From contig CAZAAD010000002.1 of the NCBI GenBank assembly GCA_964483295.1, positions 936 through 64,935 of the forward strand: 64,000 bases of DNA, written 5' to 3'. The notes under the pieces were generated by a model that did no database searches, was not told the origin of the DNA, and saw only the letters and a program-made list of their open reading frames with translations. The DNA comes from an uncultured Gammaproteobacteria bacterium. Its GTDB lineage: Bacteria > Patescibacteriota > Patescibacteriia > Patescibacteriales > UBA12465. The position numbers and the translations under genes are program-made. The stretch's first letter is position 1. Each line of letters begins with the position of its first letter. This document shows, in pieces, positions 18,713 to 27,503 of this stretch.

Positions 18713-20440
18713 ATGGTTAGCCCAAATTTAATGAAAAGACAGGCCTCTGAAAAGCCGGTCGAACTGAATGACAACACCAAAAAGCTCTTCCAGGTCATTT
18801 ATAGTGAAGAAAACAGAAAGGAAGAGGAAAGTGACAATGAAGCTAAAATTAAAGTTTCGGAACTAGTATCGCGACTCGCCTTTTTTTATGAAAAGGTGAG
18901 AAACGCGGTTGACTACGATGAAGATCATTTGCTGCGCAAGAATGCGATTGCTCGTATTTTGCGTCGCCAAGTAGTAATTGAAGGGGTTGTAAAAGATGTT
19001 GATAGTATCGGTTTATCAACTCATCTTTTAACCGAACTTATTCGTGGCAGCTATTTGCCAAATAATAAAATTCCGGAAACTAAAATTGGTGAAGTCGCGC
19101 GGCTACTAGAAAAATATTTAAAACTAAAAGATTATTTTGTTGAAAGTATTAACTCTTCTCTCGGATTACAGAGCGACATTAGTGAGATGAAGAATTTAAT
19201 CAGTGATAAAAATAATGTAATTTCCTGGCTGTTGAATATGGCCGCTTGTGAAATTGAAGAAAACTTAGCCCCGGGACGCGTCAAACAGATGATTGTTAAC
19301 AACATGTTTGATGTTTTAAGTCGCGATGTTGTCCTGCCCAAGGAAATGCCTTATGAGGGTGACCGGGAAATTCAAATCTATTTAAGTATTGGTAGGCGCT
19401 TTTTAAAGCTTGATGAAGACATGCTTAATTTCGTCTTATTTAAATACTATAATGACGGTTGGTTAGCGATTGGCTCAAAAACCGGTTTTTCCGCTGAGGA
19501 CGAAAATCATTTAAAGAAGATTGCTGTTCAGATTAAAACAGTGAGAAGTAAGGTCAAAGAACAGTTAGAACACCCTTTAACTAGACAGTTGGATAAATTA
19601 GTCCGCCGTTATTCTTTATACTTTAATGTTTTGTCGGAAACCATTAGTGATGATCCGGTTAAGGCTTATGCCGAGAGTCAGAAAGGTGAGAAGGGTTTTT
19701 TAACGATGGTGCGTAAGACTTGCGAAAAGAAATATAAGAAAGCCAAGTCTAGACTTTGGCGGGCAGCCATGCGCAGTATTATTTATATTTTCTTAACCAA
19801 GTCAATTTTTGTTTTCTTAATTGAAGTACCGGCGATTAAATGGTTTAATGAACCACTTAATCCCATGTCTCTAGCCATTAATGTCGCTTTCCCGGCAATA
19901 TTGCTGTTCTTTATTGTTTTAATGACACAAAAGCCAGGCGAGGCGAACACTGATAAGATTGTTTCCGGCATCAAACAGATTGCATTTTTTGGCCAGAACG
20001 ATAAACAGCCGATAACTTTAAGACCAGAGCGTAAGCGAGGTCTAGCGGTGCGGGGCACCTTCAATTTTATTTATGCGGCGTCTTTCTTGGTCTCAGTTTA
20101 TTTCATTATCAGATTACTAGCTCTAATGGGCTTTAATTGGGTGAGCATGATAATTTTCTTGTTCTTTTTAGCCTTTGTTAGTTTCTTCAGTATCATTGTT
20201 ACTAGAGGTATTAAGGAATTAATGATTATTGAGCGCAAAGAAAATCTGGTAACTTTTTTAATAGACCTGTTCTATATGCCGATTATTTTAGTTGGCCGTT
20301 GGCTATCTAATAATATGTCGCGCGTTAATGTCTTCATCTTTATTTTTGACTTTATTATTGAAGCACCTTTTAAGATTTTAGTTGACGTGGCTGAAGATTG
20401 GACTAAGTATGTCCGCGAACGCCGCGACAACATGGAGTAA
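18713..20440 (+). CDS. large membrane protein of unknown function (soluble N-terminal ~350 aa, C-terminal TM bundle)
   Basis: Long intact ORF with at least 4 hydrophobic segments in the C-terminal third. I recognise no catalytic motif. Confidence 0.6.
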   Translation: MVSPNLMKRQASEKPVELNDNTKKLFQVIYSEENRKEEESDNEAKIKVSELVSRLAFFYEKVRNAVDYDEDHLLRKNAIARILRRQVVIEGVVKDVDSIGLSTHLLTELIRGSYLPNNKIPETKIGEVARLLEKYLKLKDYFVESINSSLGLQSDISEMKNLISDKNNVISWLLNMAACEIEENLAPGRVKQMIVNNMFDVLSRDVVLPKEMPYEGDREIQIYLSIGRRFLKLDEDMLNFVLFKYYNDGWLAIGSKTGFSAEDENHLKKIAVQIKTVRSKVKEQLEHPLTRQLDKLVRRYSLYFNVLSETISDDPVKAYAESQKGEKGFLTMVRKTCEKKYKKAKSRLWRAAMRSIIYIFLTKSIFVFLIEVPAIKWFNEPLNPMSLAINVAFPAILLFFIVLMTQKPGEANTDKIVSGIKQIAFFGQNDKQPITLRPERKRGLAVRGTFNFIYAASFLVSVYFIIRLLALMGFNWVSMIIFLFFLAFVSFFSIIVTRGIKELMIIERKENLVTFLIDLFYMPIILVGRWLSNNMSRVNVFIFIFDFIIEAPFKILVDVAEDWTKYVRERRDNME

Positions 20441-20450
20441 CTGACTGCTT

Positions 20451-21164
20451 ATGGCTCAAGTGATTAAACAGGGAAAACTAAGCGTCGTTGGTACACCAAT
20501 TGGCAATTTAGAAGATATTTCTTTGCGTGCTTTGCGGATTTTAAAGGAAGCTGATTTTATTTTGTGTGAGGATACACGGGTGACTAAAAAATTATTATCT
20601 CACCACGGTATTACAACAGCCACTATTTCCTATCATCAGCATTCAGGTGCGCCTAAAGTTGATAAAATAATTTCTTTGTTAGCGTCGGGAAAAAATTTAG
20701 CGCTCGTCACTGATGCGGGAACGCCGGGTATTTCTGACCCAGGCGGATATTTGGTGACAGCAGTTCGCGAAGCTTTGGCTAGTCAAGTCTTGATTGAAAG
20801 TATTCCTGGTCCAACCGCACTCACAGCCGCTATTTCCTTGGCCGGTATTGGTTTTGACCGTTTCTTTTTCCTTGGTTTTCCACCGCACAAAAAGGGCCGA
20901 CAGACAATGATGAAAGAGATTGTGGCTAGTAATTATCCGGTAATTGTTTATGAATCAAAGCATCGGGCTATTCGCTTCTTAGAAGAATTGTCAGCGGCTG
21001 CTAAGGAGAAGGGTCGGGAAGTAATTGTCGCGGTCGCTCGGGAATTAACCAAGCTGCACGAAAGTTTTTATGAAGGTCAGCCAGAAGAAATCCTTGCCGA
21101 AATAAAAAGTGATGCTAATAATTTAAAAGGTGAATTTGTTATCTTAATTAGACCTAAGAAATAA
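20451..21164 (+). CDS. rsmI: 16S rRNA (cytidine1402-2'-O)-methyltransferase
   Basis: GTPIGNLEDISLRALRILKEADFILCEDTR and TDAGTPGISDPG (tetrapyrrole-methylase-fold RsmI family). Confidence 0.9.
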   Translation: MAQVIKQGKLSVVGTPIGNLEDISLRALRILKEADFILCEDTRVTKKLLSHHGITTATISYHQHSGAPKVDKIISLLASGKNLALVTDAGTPGISDPGGYLVTAVREALASQVLIESIPGPTALTAAISLAGIGFDRFFFLGFPPHKKGRQTMMKEIVASNYPVIVYESKHRAIRFLEELSAAAKEKGREVIVAVARELTKLHESFYEGQPEEILAEIKSDANNLKGEFVILIRPKK

Positions 21165-21181
21165 TTTGCAACAAGCTAAAT

Positions 21182-22621
21182 ATGGCAGCAGAAAAATTTT
21201 ACATTACTACGACTTTACCGTATATCAATTCCGATCCGCACATTGGTTTTGCCGCGGAAATAATTAAGGCTGATGTGATTGCCCGCTACTATCGCCAGCG
21301 TGGTCGGGAAGTATTTTTTAATACTGGGACTGATGAGCATGGCTTGAAGATATTTTTGAAAGCCCAAGAGATGAGCCTACCTGTACAGGAATATTGTGAT
21401 TTATATTCGGCTAAATTTAAACCTTTAAAAGAATCGTTAAATTTGTCTTACGATAAGTTTATTAGAACCACTGACGCCTCTCATATGGCCGCGGCTCAGG
21501 AGTTTTGGCGCCGCTGCGAAGCTAAAGGCGATATCTATAAAAAAAACTATCAAGTTAAATATTGCGTCGGCTGTGAGATGGAAAAAACTGATTCAGAGCT
21601 AATTGACGGGCGCTGTCCTTTGCACCCCAATCGCGATTTAGAAATTATTGACGAGGAGAATTATTTTTTCCGCTTTTCTAATTACCAGGAAAAGCTTTTA
21701 GAATTATATAAAAATAATTCTGATTTTGTTTTGCCGGCTGGTCGCTTGAAAGAAATTACGATTTTTGTGGCTGCTGGTCTTCAAGACTTTAGTATTTCCC
21801 GCCAGAAAGATAAAATGCCTCATGGCGTGCCGGTGCCTGGTGATGCTAGTCAGGTAATGTATGTTTGGTTTGATGCGCTTGTTAATTATGTTTCTACTTT
21901 AGGTTGGCCGCAGAATTTAGACAATTTTTCCCAGTTTTGGCCGGGTTTACAAGTTTGCGGCAAGGATAATCTTCGTCCGCAAGCAGCGATGTGGCAGGCG
22001 ATGCTAATGTCGGCTGACTTGCCGGCGTCGCGCCAAGTTTTAGTTTTTGGTTTTTTAACCGCTAACGGCGAGAAGATGAGTAAGAGTTTGGGTAATGTGG
22101 TTGACCCCTATGCTTTGGTTGAAAAATATGGGGCCGATGCGGTACGTTATTATCTTTTGGCCGAAATTTCTACCTTTGAAGACGGCGATTATTCGGAAGA
22201 GAAGTTTCGCTTGCGCTACAATGCGGATTTAGCTAATGGTTTAGGTAATTTATCGGCTCGCATTTCTAATCTTTTAGAAAAAAACGAAATAATTACTAAC
22301 TTGTCTCCAATTGTAGATTCTCCTGAATTTAAAGAAACTAATGATAAATTTGAGCAAGCGATGTCGGGCTATCGTTTTAATGAAGCTCTACAAGCTCTCT
22401 GGGAAAAGATTAAAACCAGTGATGAATCTTTGAGTCGTCAGGCGCCATGGAAAATGACTGATAAAACTGAGATAGAGCGTGCTCTAAAACCCTTAGCTCA
22501 AGACGTTTTAAATATCGCTTATTTATTGGAACCATTTTTACCGGCCACTAGCTTGAAAATTCAAGAGCAATTTAGCGCTTCGCAAATTAAAAAAGGCGAA
22601 TCTTTATTTCCGCGTTTATAA
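21182..22621 (+). CDS. metG: methionyl-tRNA synthetase (short form)
   Basis: TTTLPYINSDPHIGF (HIGH-class motif), a Zn knuckle CVGCE...CPLH, and KMSKS. Confidence 0.93.
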   Translation: MAAEKFYITTTLPYINSDPHIGFAAEIIKADVIARYYRQRGREVFFNTGTDEHGLKIFLKAQEMSLPVQEYCDLYSAKFKPLKESLNLSYDKFIRTTDASHMAAAQEFWRRCEAKGDIYKKNYQVKYCVGCEMEKTDSELIDGRCPLHPNRDLEIIDEENYFFRFSNYQEKLLELYKNNSDFVLPAGRLKEITIFVAAGLQDFSISRQKDKMPHGVPVPGDASQVMYVWFDALVNYVSTLGWPQNLDNFSQFWPGLQVCGKDNLRPQAAMWQAMLMSADLPASRQVLVFGFLTANGEKMSKSLGNVVDPYALVEKYGADAVRYYLLAEISTFEDGDYSEEKFRLRYNADLANGLGNLSARISNLLEKNEIITNLSPIVDSPEFKETNDKFEQAMSGYRFNEALQALWEKIKTSDESLSRQAPWKMTDKTEIERALKPLAQDVLNIAYLLEPFLPATSLKIQEQFSASQIKKGESLFPRL

Positions 22622-22638
22622 AGTTTAAATAAATATTT

Positions 22639-23154
22639 ATGGGAATTTTGGACATCGTCCTCTTGGCCCTGCTGGCATTTTTTACCTTTAGCGGCTTAAG
22701 AAAAGGACTAATCCGTTCTTTAGGAAATTTAGTCGGCCTGATTATTGGCGCCTATGTCGCTAGTCATTTTTATTTGCAAGTTTTTGAATGGGGTAGAGAT
22801 TGGGCGGGCGACCACGAATCATTAGGCAAGGTAATTGCTTTTATTGTTTTATTTGTCGCTGCCACTAGCCTGACTAATTTTATTTTCTTTTTAATTGAAA
22901 AACTCTTTAATCTCTTAGCCTTTATTCCTGGCAGTAAGTATATTAATAATCTTTTGGGTGGAATATTGGGCCTACTAGAAGGTTCTTTATTTTTAGGATT
23001 AATTCTTTATGTGGCTTCGCGTTATGCGTTTTTAGCTGGTTCTTTTGGCGAGAAGTTAACTGAGTCATTAGTTGCTCCTTGGCTAATTAAAATCTCCGGC
23101 TTAATTGTTCCGGTCTTACCAGAAGCTCTTAAGGCGCTACAATCATTGATTTAA
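22639..23154 (+). CDS. cvpA: CvpA-family membrane protein
   Basis: ILDIVLLALLAFFTFSGLRKGLIR start and 4 TM segments, typical of the colicin V production protein family. Confidence 0.7.
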   Translation: MGILDIVLLALLAFFTFSGLRKGLIRSLGNLVGLIIGAYVASHFYLQVFEWGRDWAGDHESLGKVIAFIVLFVAATSLTNFIFFLIEKLFNLLAFIPGSKYINNLLGGILGLLEGSLFLGLILYVASRYAFLAGSFGEKLTESLVAPWLIKISGLIVPVLPEALKALQSLI

Positions 23155-23166
23155 TTTTTTAATAAT

Positions 23167-23589
23167 ATGGACGACTGTATTTTTTGTAAGATTGTCCGCG
23201 GTGAAATTCCGGCCTATAAAATCTATGAAAATGAAGATTTTTTAGCCTTCCTGGATATTGCCCAGTTTACCGAAGGTCATACTATTATTATTCCTAAAAA
23301 ACATTTTCGTTTTATTTGGGATATCGAAAATGTCGGCGCTTTTTATGAGTTTGCGGTTGAAGTAGCTAACCACTATCGTGGTTTAGGCTATGAGTTTATT
23401 GATTCGGCTTCTTTCGGTCGTTTAATCCCACATGCTCATTATCATCTCATTCCGAATAAAGGCGGTGGTAATGATTGGGAAAAAGCAATAGACATTGTCG
23501 GCGTAATGCAAAGAGATTTAGATCGCCGTTTACAACCTGAGCAAGCTAAAGAGGTTTTAGCTAAATTTAAACTTCCGGCGTCCTTATAA
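23167..23589 (+). CDS. HIT-family (histidine triad) nucleotide hydrolase
   Basis: CIFCKI...GEIPA N-terminus and the histidine triad HAHYHLIP. Confidence 0.85.
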   Translation: MDDCIFCKIVRGEIPAYKIYENEDFLAFLDIAQFTEGHTIIIPKKHFRFIWDIENVGAFYEFAVEVANHYRGLGYEFIDSASFGRLIPHAHYHLIPNKGGGNDWEKAIDIVGVMQRDLDRRLQPEQAKEVLAKFKLPASL

Positions 23590-24714
23590 TTTGAGCATCG
23601 GTTTTCTATCAACTTTTAATATTTCACGACCTTCTAACCAATAGTTTCTATTGGTTATGTTGTAATAGGCGGCAATACCAATCATGCCGGCGTTATCACT
23701 GCGGAATCTTATTTCCGGGATGAAGAATTTTTTTCCGAGTTTTCTTGATAGGTTCCCAATATCGCGTACCAGGTAAAGATTGTTGCTAACGCCCCCGCCC
23801 ATAATAACCGCTTTTATTTCTGGATGAAGCTTGATGGCCTTATTAAGTTTGGTAGATAGGGATTTAGAAATGGCGCTAATAAATTCGCGTGCTAATTCGT
23901 AAGACCAGGCACTATCATTTTTATATTTTTCCCGTAGACTATTAATTTTATAAAGGCAAGCAGTCTTTAAACCAGAGAAACTGAAATTTAAATCTCCGGA
24001 ACGCATCATGGGCACAGGTAAGCCTAAGCGACCAGCTACTCCGGCTAAGGGTTTGCGTTCATTTCTTTCTGCTAGACCAGCTTTAACATTGGACCATTTT
24101 TTGTCAGCGCGACCAGCTAGTAAAGTTATAATTGGTCCGCCCGGATAGCCGATATTCATCATTCTGGCGACTTTATCAAAGGCTTCGCCAGCGGCATCAT
24201 CTAGAGTTTCGCCGAGAATTTTGTAGTCATGAAAATTTTTAACATAAACAATTTCCGTGTGGTTACCGGACACAAGCAAGGCTAAGGCAGGGAAGATATT
24301 TGCCTCTTTAGCGGATTTAATTTGTCCTTGGCCGTTTTTATTGAGAATAAAAGACGCCAGGAGATGCCCCTCCATATGATTAATTGGCACTAGCTTCTTT
24401 TTTTTGTTGTAGGCTAAATTCTTGGCAAATTCTAGGCCGACCTCTAAAGCGATAGCTAGGCCTGGCCCATAAGTGACGGCGACAAATTCAATATCCTCTT
24501 CTTTAATACGGGCGCGTTTTAGAGCTTCAAGATAGACCTTGGCAATATTTTCTTGATGGGCGCGGCGAGCAATGTCTGGTACAACACCGCCCCATTTTTT
24601 ATGGATTTCTACTTGAGACGAGATAACGCTAGAAAGAACCTGGCGCCCGCGTAAAACCGCCACCGAAGTGTCGTCACAGCTAGTGTCAATTGCGAGAATT
24701 ACTGGTTTATTCAT
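23584..24714 (-). CDS. tsaD: tRNA N6-adenosine threonylcarbamoyltransferase
   Basis: ILAIDTSCDDTSVAV, the HMEGH metal motif, and GGVSNN (Kae1/TsaD family). Confidence 0.92.
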   Translation of the reverse strand: MNKPVILAIDTSCDDTSVAVLRGRQVLSSVISSQVEIHKKWGGVVPDIARRAHQENIAKVYLEALKRARIKEEDIEFVAVTYGPGLAIALEVGLEFAKNLAYNKKKKLVPINHMEGHLLASFILNKNGQGQIKSAKEANIFPALALLVSGNHTEIVYVKNFHDYKILGETLDDAAGEAFDKVARMMNIGYPGGPIITLLAGRADKKWSNVKAGLAERNERKPLAGVAGRLGLPVPMMRSGDLNFSFSGLKTACLYKINSLREKYKNDSAWSYELAREFISAISKSLSTKLNKAIKLHPEIKAVIMGGGVSNNLYLVRDIGNLSRKLGKKFFIPEIRFRSDNAGMIGIAAYYNITNRNYWLEGREILKVDRKPMLKL

Positions 24715-25807
24715 AAGTTTCTATGGTTCTAGTGTTTTCATCAATATAGCGGAAAACTACGTTGATTACGCGTCCACCGCTGAGCTCAATTTTCTTTTTT
24801 AGTTTAATTAAAAATTTGTCCGCCCATTCAACCGCAATAACATTGCCGGCTACCAGGTATTGATTGAGTCCAATGCTTTCCAGGTCTTTAATATTTTCAA
24901 TTCGCCAAGTATCAACGTGGATAAATTTTCCCCGGCGCGCGCCGAGCTTATAGTCATACTCATTGAGAATGGTAAAAGTTGGAGATTTAATTATTTCCTT
25001 GATGTTTAATTTTTCGCCTAAGCCTTTGGAAAATTGTGTTTTGCCGCTACCCATTTCGCCACTTAAGAAAAAGACCAGTGGCTTATCAATTGGCTCATCA
25101 ATATATTTAAGCATATTCAGACCGCCAAAATTTACTGTCTCTTTATCGGTAGTAGTTTTAGCAGACAAGACCGGAGCTTTTTTGCTGAGCTGCTTTTTTA
25201 AATTTATTTGTCCTGGTCGCATGATATTTAAATTATTCATGGTGGTATCAACGACCGTTGAAGCTTCGCGGTGTGGTAATTCGCCAGCATCAATTATCAA
25301 ATCTATTAATTCTCGGCTCTTTAGGGGCGTATCTTTAAGTAGAGATTTAATACTGTAGGGCTTAGGCAAATAAGAAGCATTAGCTGAGGTGGCGGTAAAA
25401 GGTTTGCCAAAATTCTTGATAATTTCTAAAACCAAATCATAATCAGGGATGCGAATTCCTAATGTTCCATATTCAGACTCTACTCCTGGCGCTAGATTGC
25501 CACGACTCTGAGAAACAACTGTAATTGGTCCAGGTAAATAATTATTATAAAGATTAGTCGCCATTTCGTTTATTTCCACATATTTCGCTGCCATTTTTAT
25601 ATCAGAAACAGCAATGGAAAGTGGCTTGCCTTCGCGGCGGGCTTTATAGCGATAAAGTTTAGCAATTGCTTTTGGGTTAGTGGCATCAGCGCCAAGCCCG
25701 TAGCAGGTTTCGGTGGGAAATACAAAAATACCGCCTTTTTTTAAGACTTTTATGGCTTCGGCTATGATGATTGCCTTGTTTTTTTCACTATATTTTAGAA
25801 TCTTCAT
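24707..25807 (-). CDS. fusion of L-threonylcarbamoyladenylate synthase (TsaC/YrdC domain) and the t6A ATPase TsaE
   Basis: Residues 1 to ~200 carry YrdC motifs (FVFPTETCYGLGADA, KARREGKPLSIAV, TATSANAS). The C-terminal ~130 aa carries the TsaE P-loop LSGEMGSGKTQFSKGL and SPTFTILNEY. There is an 8-nt overlap with tsaD. Confidence 0.85.
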   Translation of the reverse strand: MKILKYSEKNKAIIIAEAIKVLKKGGIFVFPTETCYGLGADATNPKAIAKLYRYKARREGKPLSIAVSDIKMAAKYVEINEMATNLYNNYLPGPITVVSQSRGNLAPGVESEYGTLGIRIPDYDLVLEIIKNFGKPFTATSANASYLPKPYSIKSLLKDTPLKSRELIDLIIDAGELPHREASTVVDTTMNNLNIMRPGQINLKKQLSKKAPVLSAKTTTDKETVNFGGLNMLKYIDEPIDKPLVFFLSGEMGSGKTQFSKGLGEKLNIKEIIKSPTFTILNEYDYKLGARRGKFIHVDTWRIENIKDLESIGLNQYLVAGNVIAVEWADKFLIKLKKKIELSGGRVINVVFRYIDENTRTIETYE

Positions 25808-25876
25808 ATTTCTCTTTAATACTAAGATAAAAACGGAAATTAGACAATGCTGCCGCTAGTAACATAATTAACGTGT

Positions 25877-25905
25877 TTGCTTAAATCAAATTTATTGATT
25901 AAAAT
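25877..25905 (+). promoter_or_regulatory. sigma70-like promoter for ctp (near-leaderless)
   Basis: TTGCTT (25877-25882), 17-nt spacer, TAAAAT (25900-25905). The ATG follows only 8 nt after the -10 box. Confidence 0.4.
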
Positions 25906-25913
25906 AGTATCAT

Positions 25914-27128
25914 ATGACTAAATTTCATTATAAGAAAATCGGCTTTTGGCTGATAAGCATCGTTTTAATTGGTGCAATATTTTTAGCTGGTTTTTATTTC
26001 GGTGGCGGGTCAACTAAAGCTGGCAATTTAGCCTATTCAGAGGAGGCACGCGAAGCGGCGATGAATGGGGACAAGGAAAGCTTTGATTTTAATCTTTATT
26101 TCGAAGTTTGGAATACTTTAAAGAGTAATCATGTTGATAAGAATAAAATTAAAGACATTGATTTATTTTACGGCTCTCTGGAAGGTTTAGCGGGGGCAAC
26201 TGGTGATCCTTATACAACTTTCATGACGCCGACTTTAACTAAAGAATTTTTTGAAGATTTATCGGGGACTTTTGAGGGTATTGGCGCTGAGATTGGTCTA
26301 CGTGATGATTTTGTAACAGTAGTAGCGCCTTTAGATGGTATGCCGGCTCAGAAAGCTGGCTTAAGAGCTGGTGACAAAATTTATGCAATCAATGGCGAGT
26401 CGGCTTTAGGATTGACTGTAACTGAAGCGGTTAAAAAAATTAGAGGCCCGAAAGATACAGAGGTTACCTTAACTATTATCCGCGGTACTGATAAACCTTT
26501 TGATATTAAGATTACGCGTGGTCAGATTTTTGTCGCCAGTGTTAAAACAGAAATGAAGGACGGTATTTATATTATTCGCATTAGTAATTTTAATGAAGAT
26601 ACTGAAGCTTTATTTAATAAAGCAGTTCTTGAGGCGGTGACTAAAAATCCCAAGGGTATTGTTTTAGATTTAAGAAATAATCCTGGCGGCTATTTGGAGA
26701 CAGCGGTTAATATCGCAAGTGATTGGATTAAAGAGGGGCCAATTGTAGCCGAGCAGTATGGCGAGAATCGTCGCTCCGAGCACCCTTCAACTGGTAAGGC
26801 GCGTTTAGCTAGTTTTCCAACGGTTGTCCTGATTAATGAAGGTAGTGCTTCAGCTTCAGAAATCGTAGCCGGTGCCCTTAGGGACTATAAAAAAGCTACC
26901 ATTGTTGGCGCCCAAAGTTTTGGTAAGGGCTCGGTGCAAACAATTGCTGATTTAAGTGATGGTTCCTCACTCAAGGTAACTATAGCTCATTGGTTGACTC
27001 CGGCGGGCGACTTTATCAACGAAAAGGGAATAGAGCCAAATGTTATTGTAGAGATAACAGAAGATGATATTAAGGCGGAACGAGACCCGCAACTAGATAA
27101 AGCTTTTGAATTGTTAAAAAAGAAATAA
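25914..27128 (+). CDS. ctpA: S41 carboxy-terminal processing protease with PDZ domain
   Basis: N-terminal TM anchor, PDZ region (GMPAQKAGLRAGDKI), DLRNNPGG, and the catalytic Ser region GSASASEI. Confidence 0.9.
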   Translation: MTKFHYKKIGFWLISIVLIGAIFLAGFYFGGGSTKAGNLAYSEEAREAAMNGDKESFDFNLYFEVWNTLKSNHVDKNKIKDIDLFYGSLEGLAGATGDPYTTFMTPTLTKEFFEDLSGTFEGIGAEIGLRDDFVTVVAPLDGMPAQKAGLRAGDKIYAINGESALGLTVTEAVKKIRGPKDTEVTLTIIRGTDKPFDIKITRGQIFVASVKTEMKDGIYIIRISNFNEDTEALFNKAVLEAVTKNPKGIVLDLRNNPGGYLETAVNIASDWIKEGPIVAEQYGENRRSEHPSTGKARLASFPTVVLINEGSASASEIVAGALRDYKKATIVGAQSFGKGSVQTIADLSDGSSLKVTIAHWLTPAGDFINEKGIEPNVIVEITEDDIKAERDPQLDKAFELLKKK

Positions 27129-27133
27129 AAAAA

Positions 27134-27163
27134 GAAGCGATGATTTTGTCATCGCTTTTTTTG
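27134..27163. terminator. bidirectional terminator between ctp and the convergent small gene
   Basis: agcgatga / tcatcgct stem flanked by A- and T-runs. Confidence 0.6.
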
Positions 27164-27180
27164 GCAACCAAGTCCAGTGT

Positions 27181-27438
27181 TCATTCGTCGTCTTGGAAGA
27201 ACATTGCCCCATTTTCTTTAAAATGCAGTATTTTTAACTGCTCTTTAAAGTCAACTTCGTCATCCGGGTGAAGGTCAATTTCCGCTTCGCCATCATTTAT
27301 GGCGTAGTGCTCAACTTCTTCCGGTGCCTCCAGAAAGACGGCTTCTGCGAGGCGCAAAATGTTTGCAGATCTGGCTATTTCTTGGCCGTCAACATGAGCC
27401 AAATAGCCTTTGCTTTTGAGAGAGGATACTTTCAGCAT
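27181..27438 (-). CDS. small acidic hypothetical protein
   Basis: 85-aa ORF in its own intergenic slot between a terminator and the pyrG promoter region. No recognisable motif. Confidence 0.45.
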   Translation of the reverse strand: MLKVSSLKSKGYLAHVDGQEIARSANILRLAEAVFLEAPEEVEHYAINDGEAEIDLHPDDEVDFKEQLKILHFKENGAMFFQDDE

Positions 27439-27503
27439 GAAATAAAGTTTTTAAATTACTACGATTATAATTATATCACGAAATATTAAAAAAGTCAAAT
27501 ATT

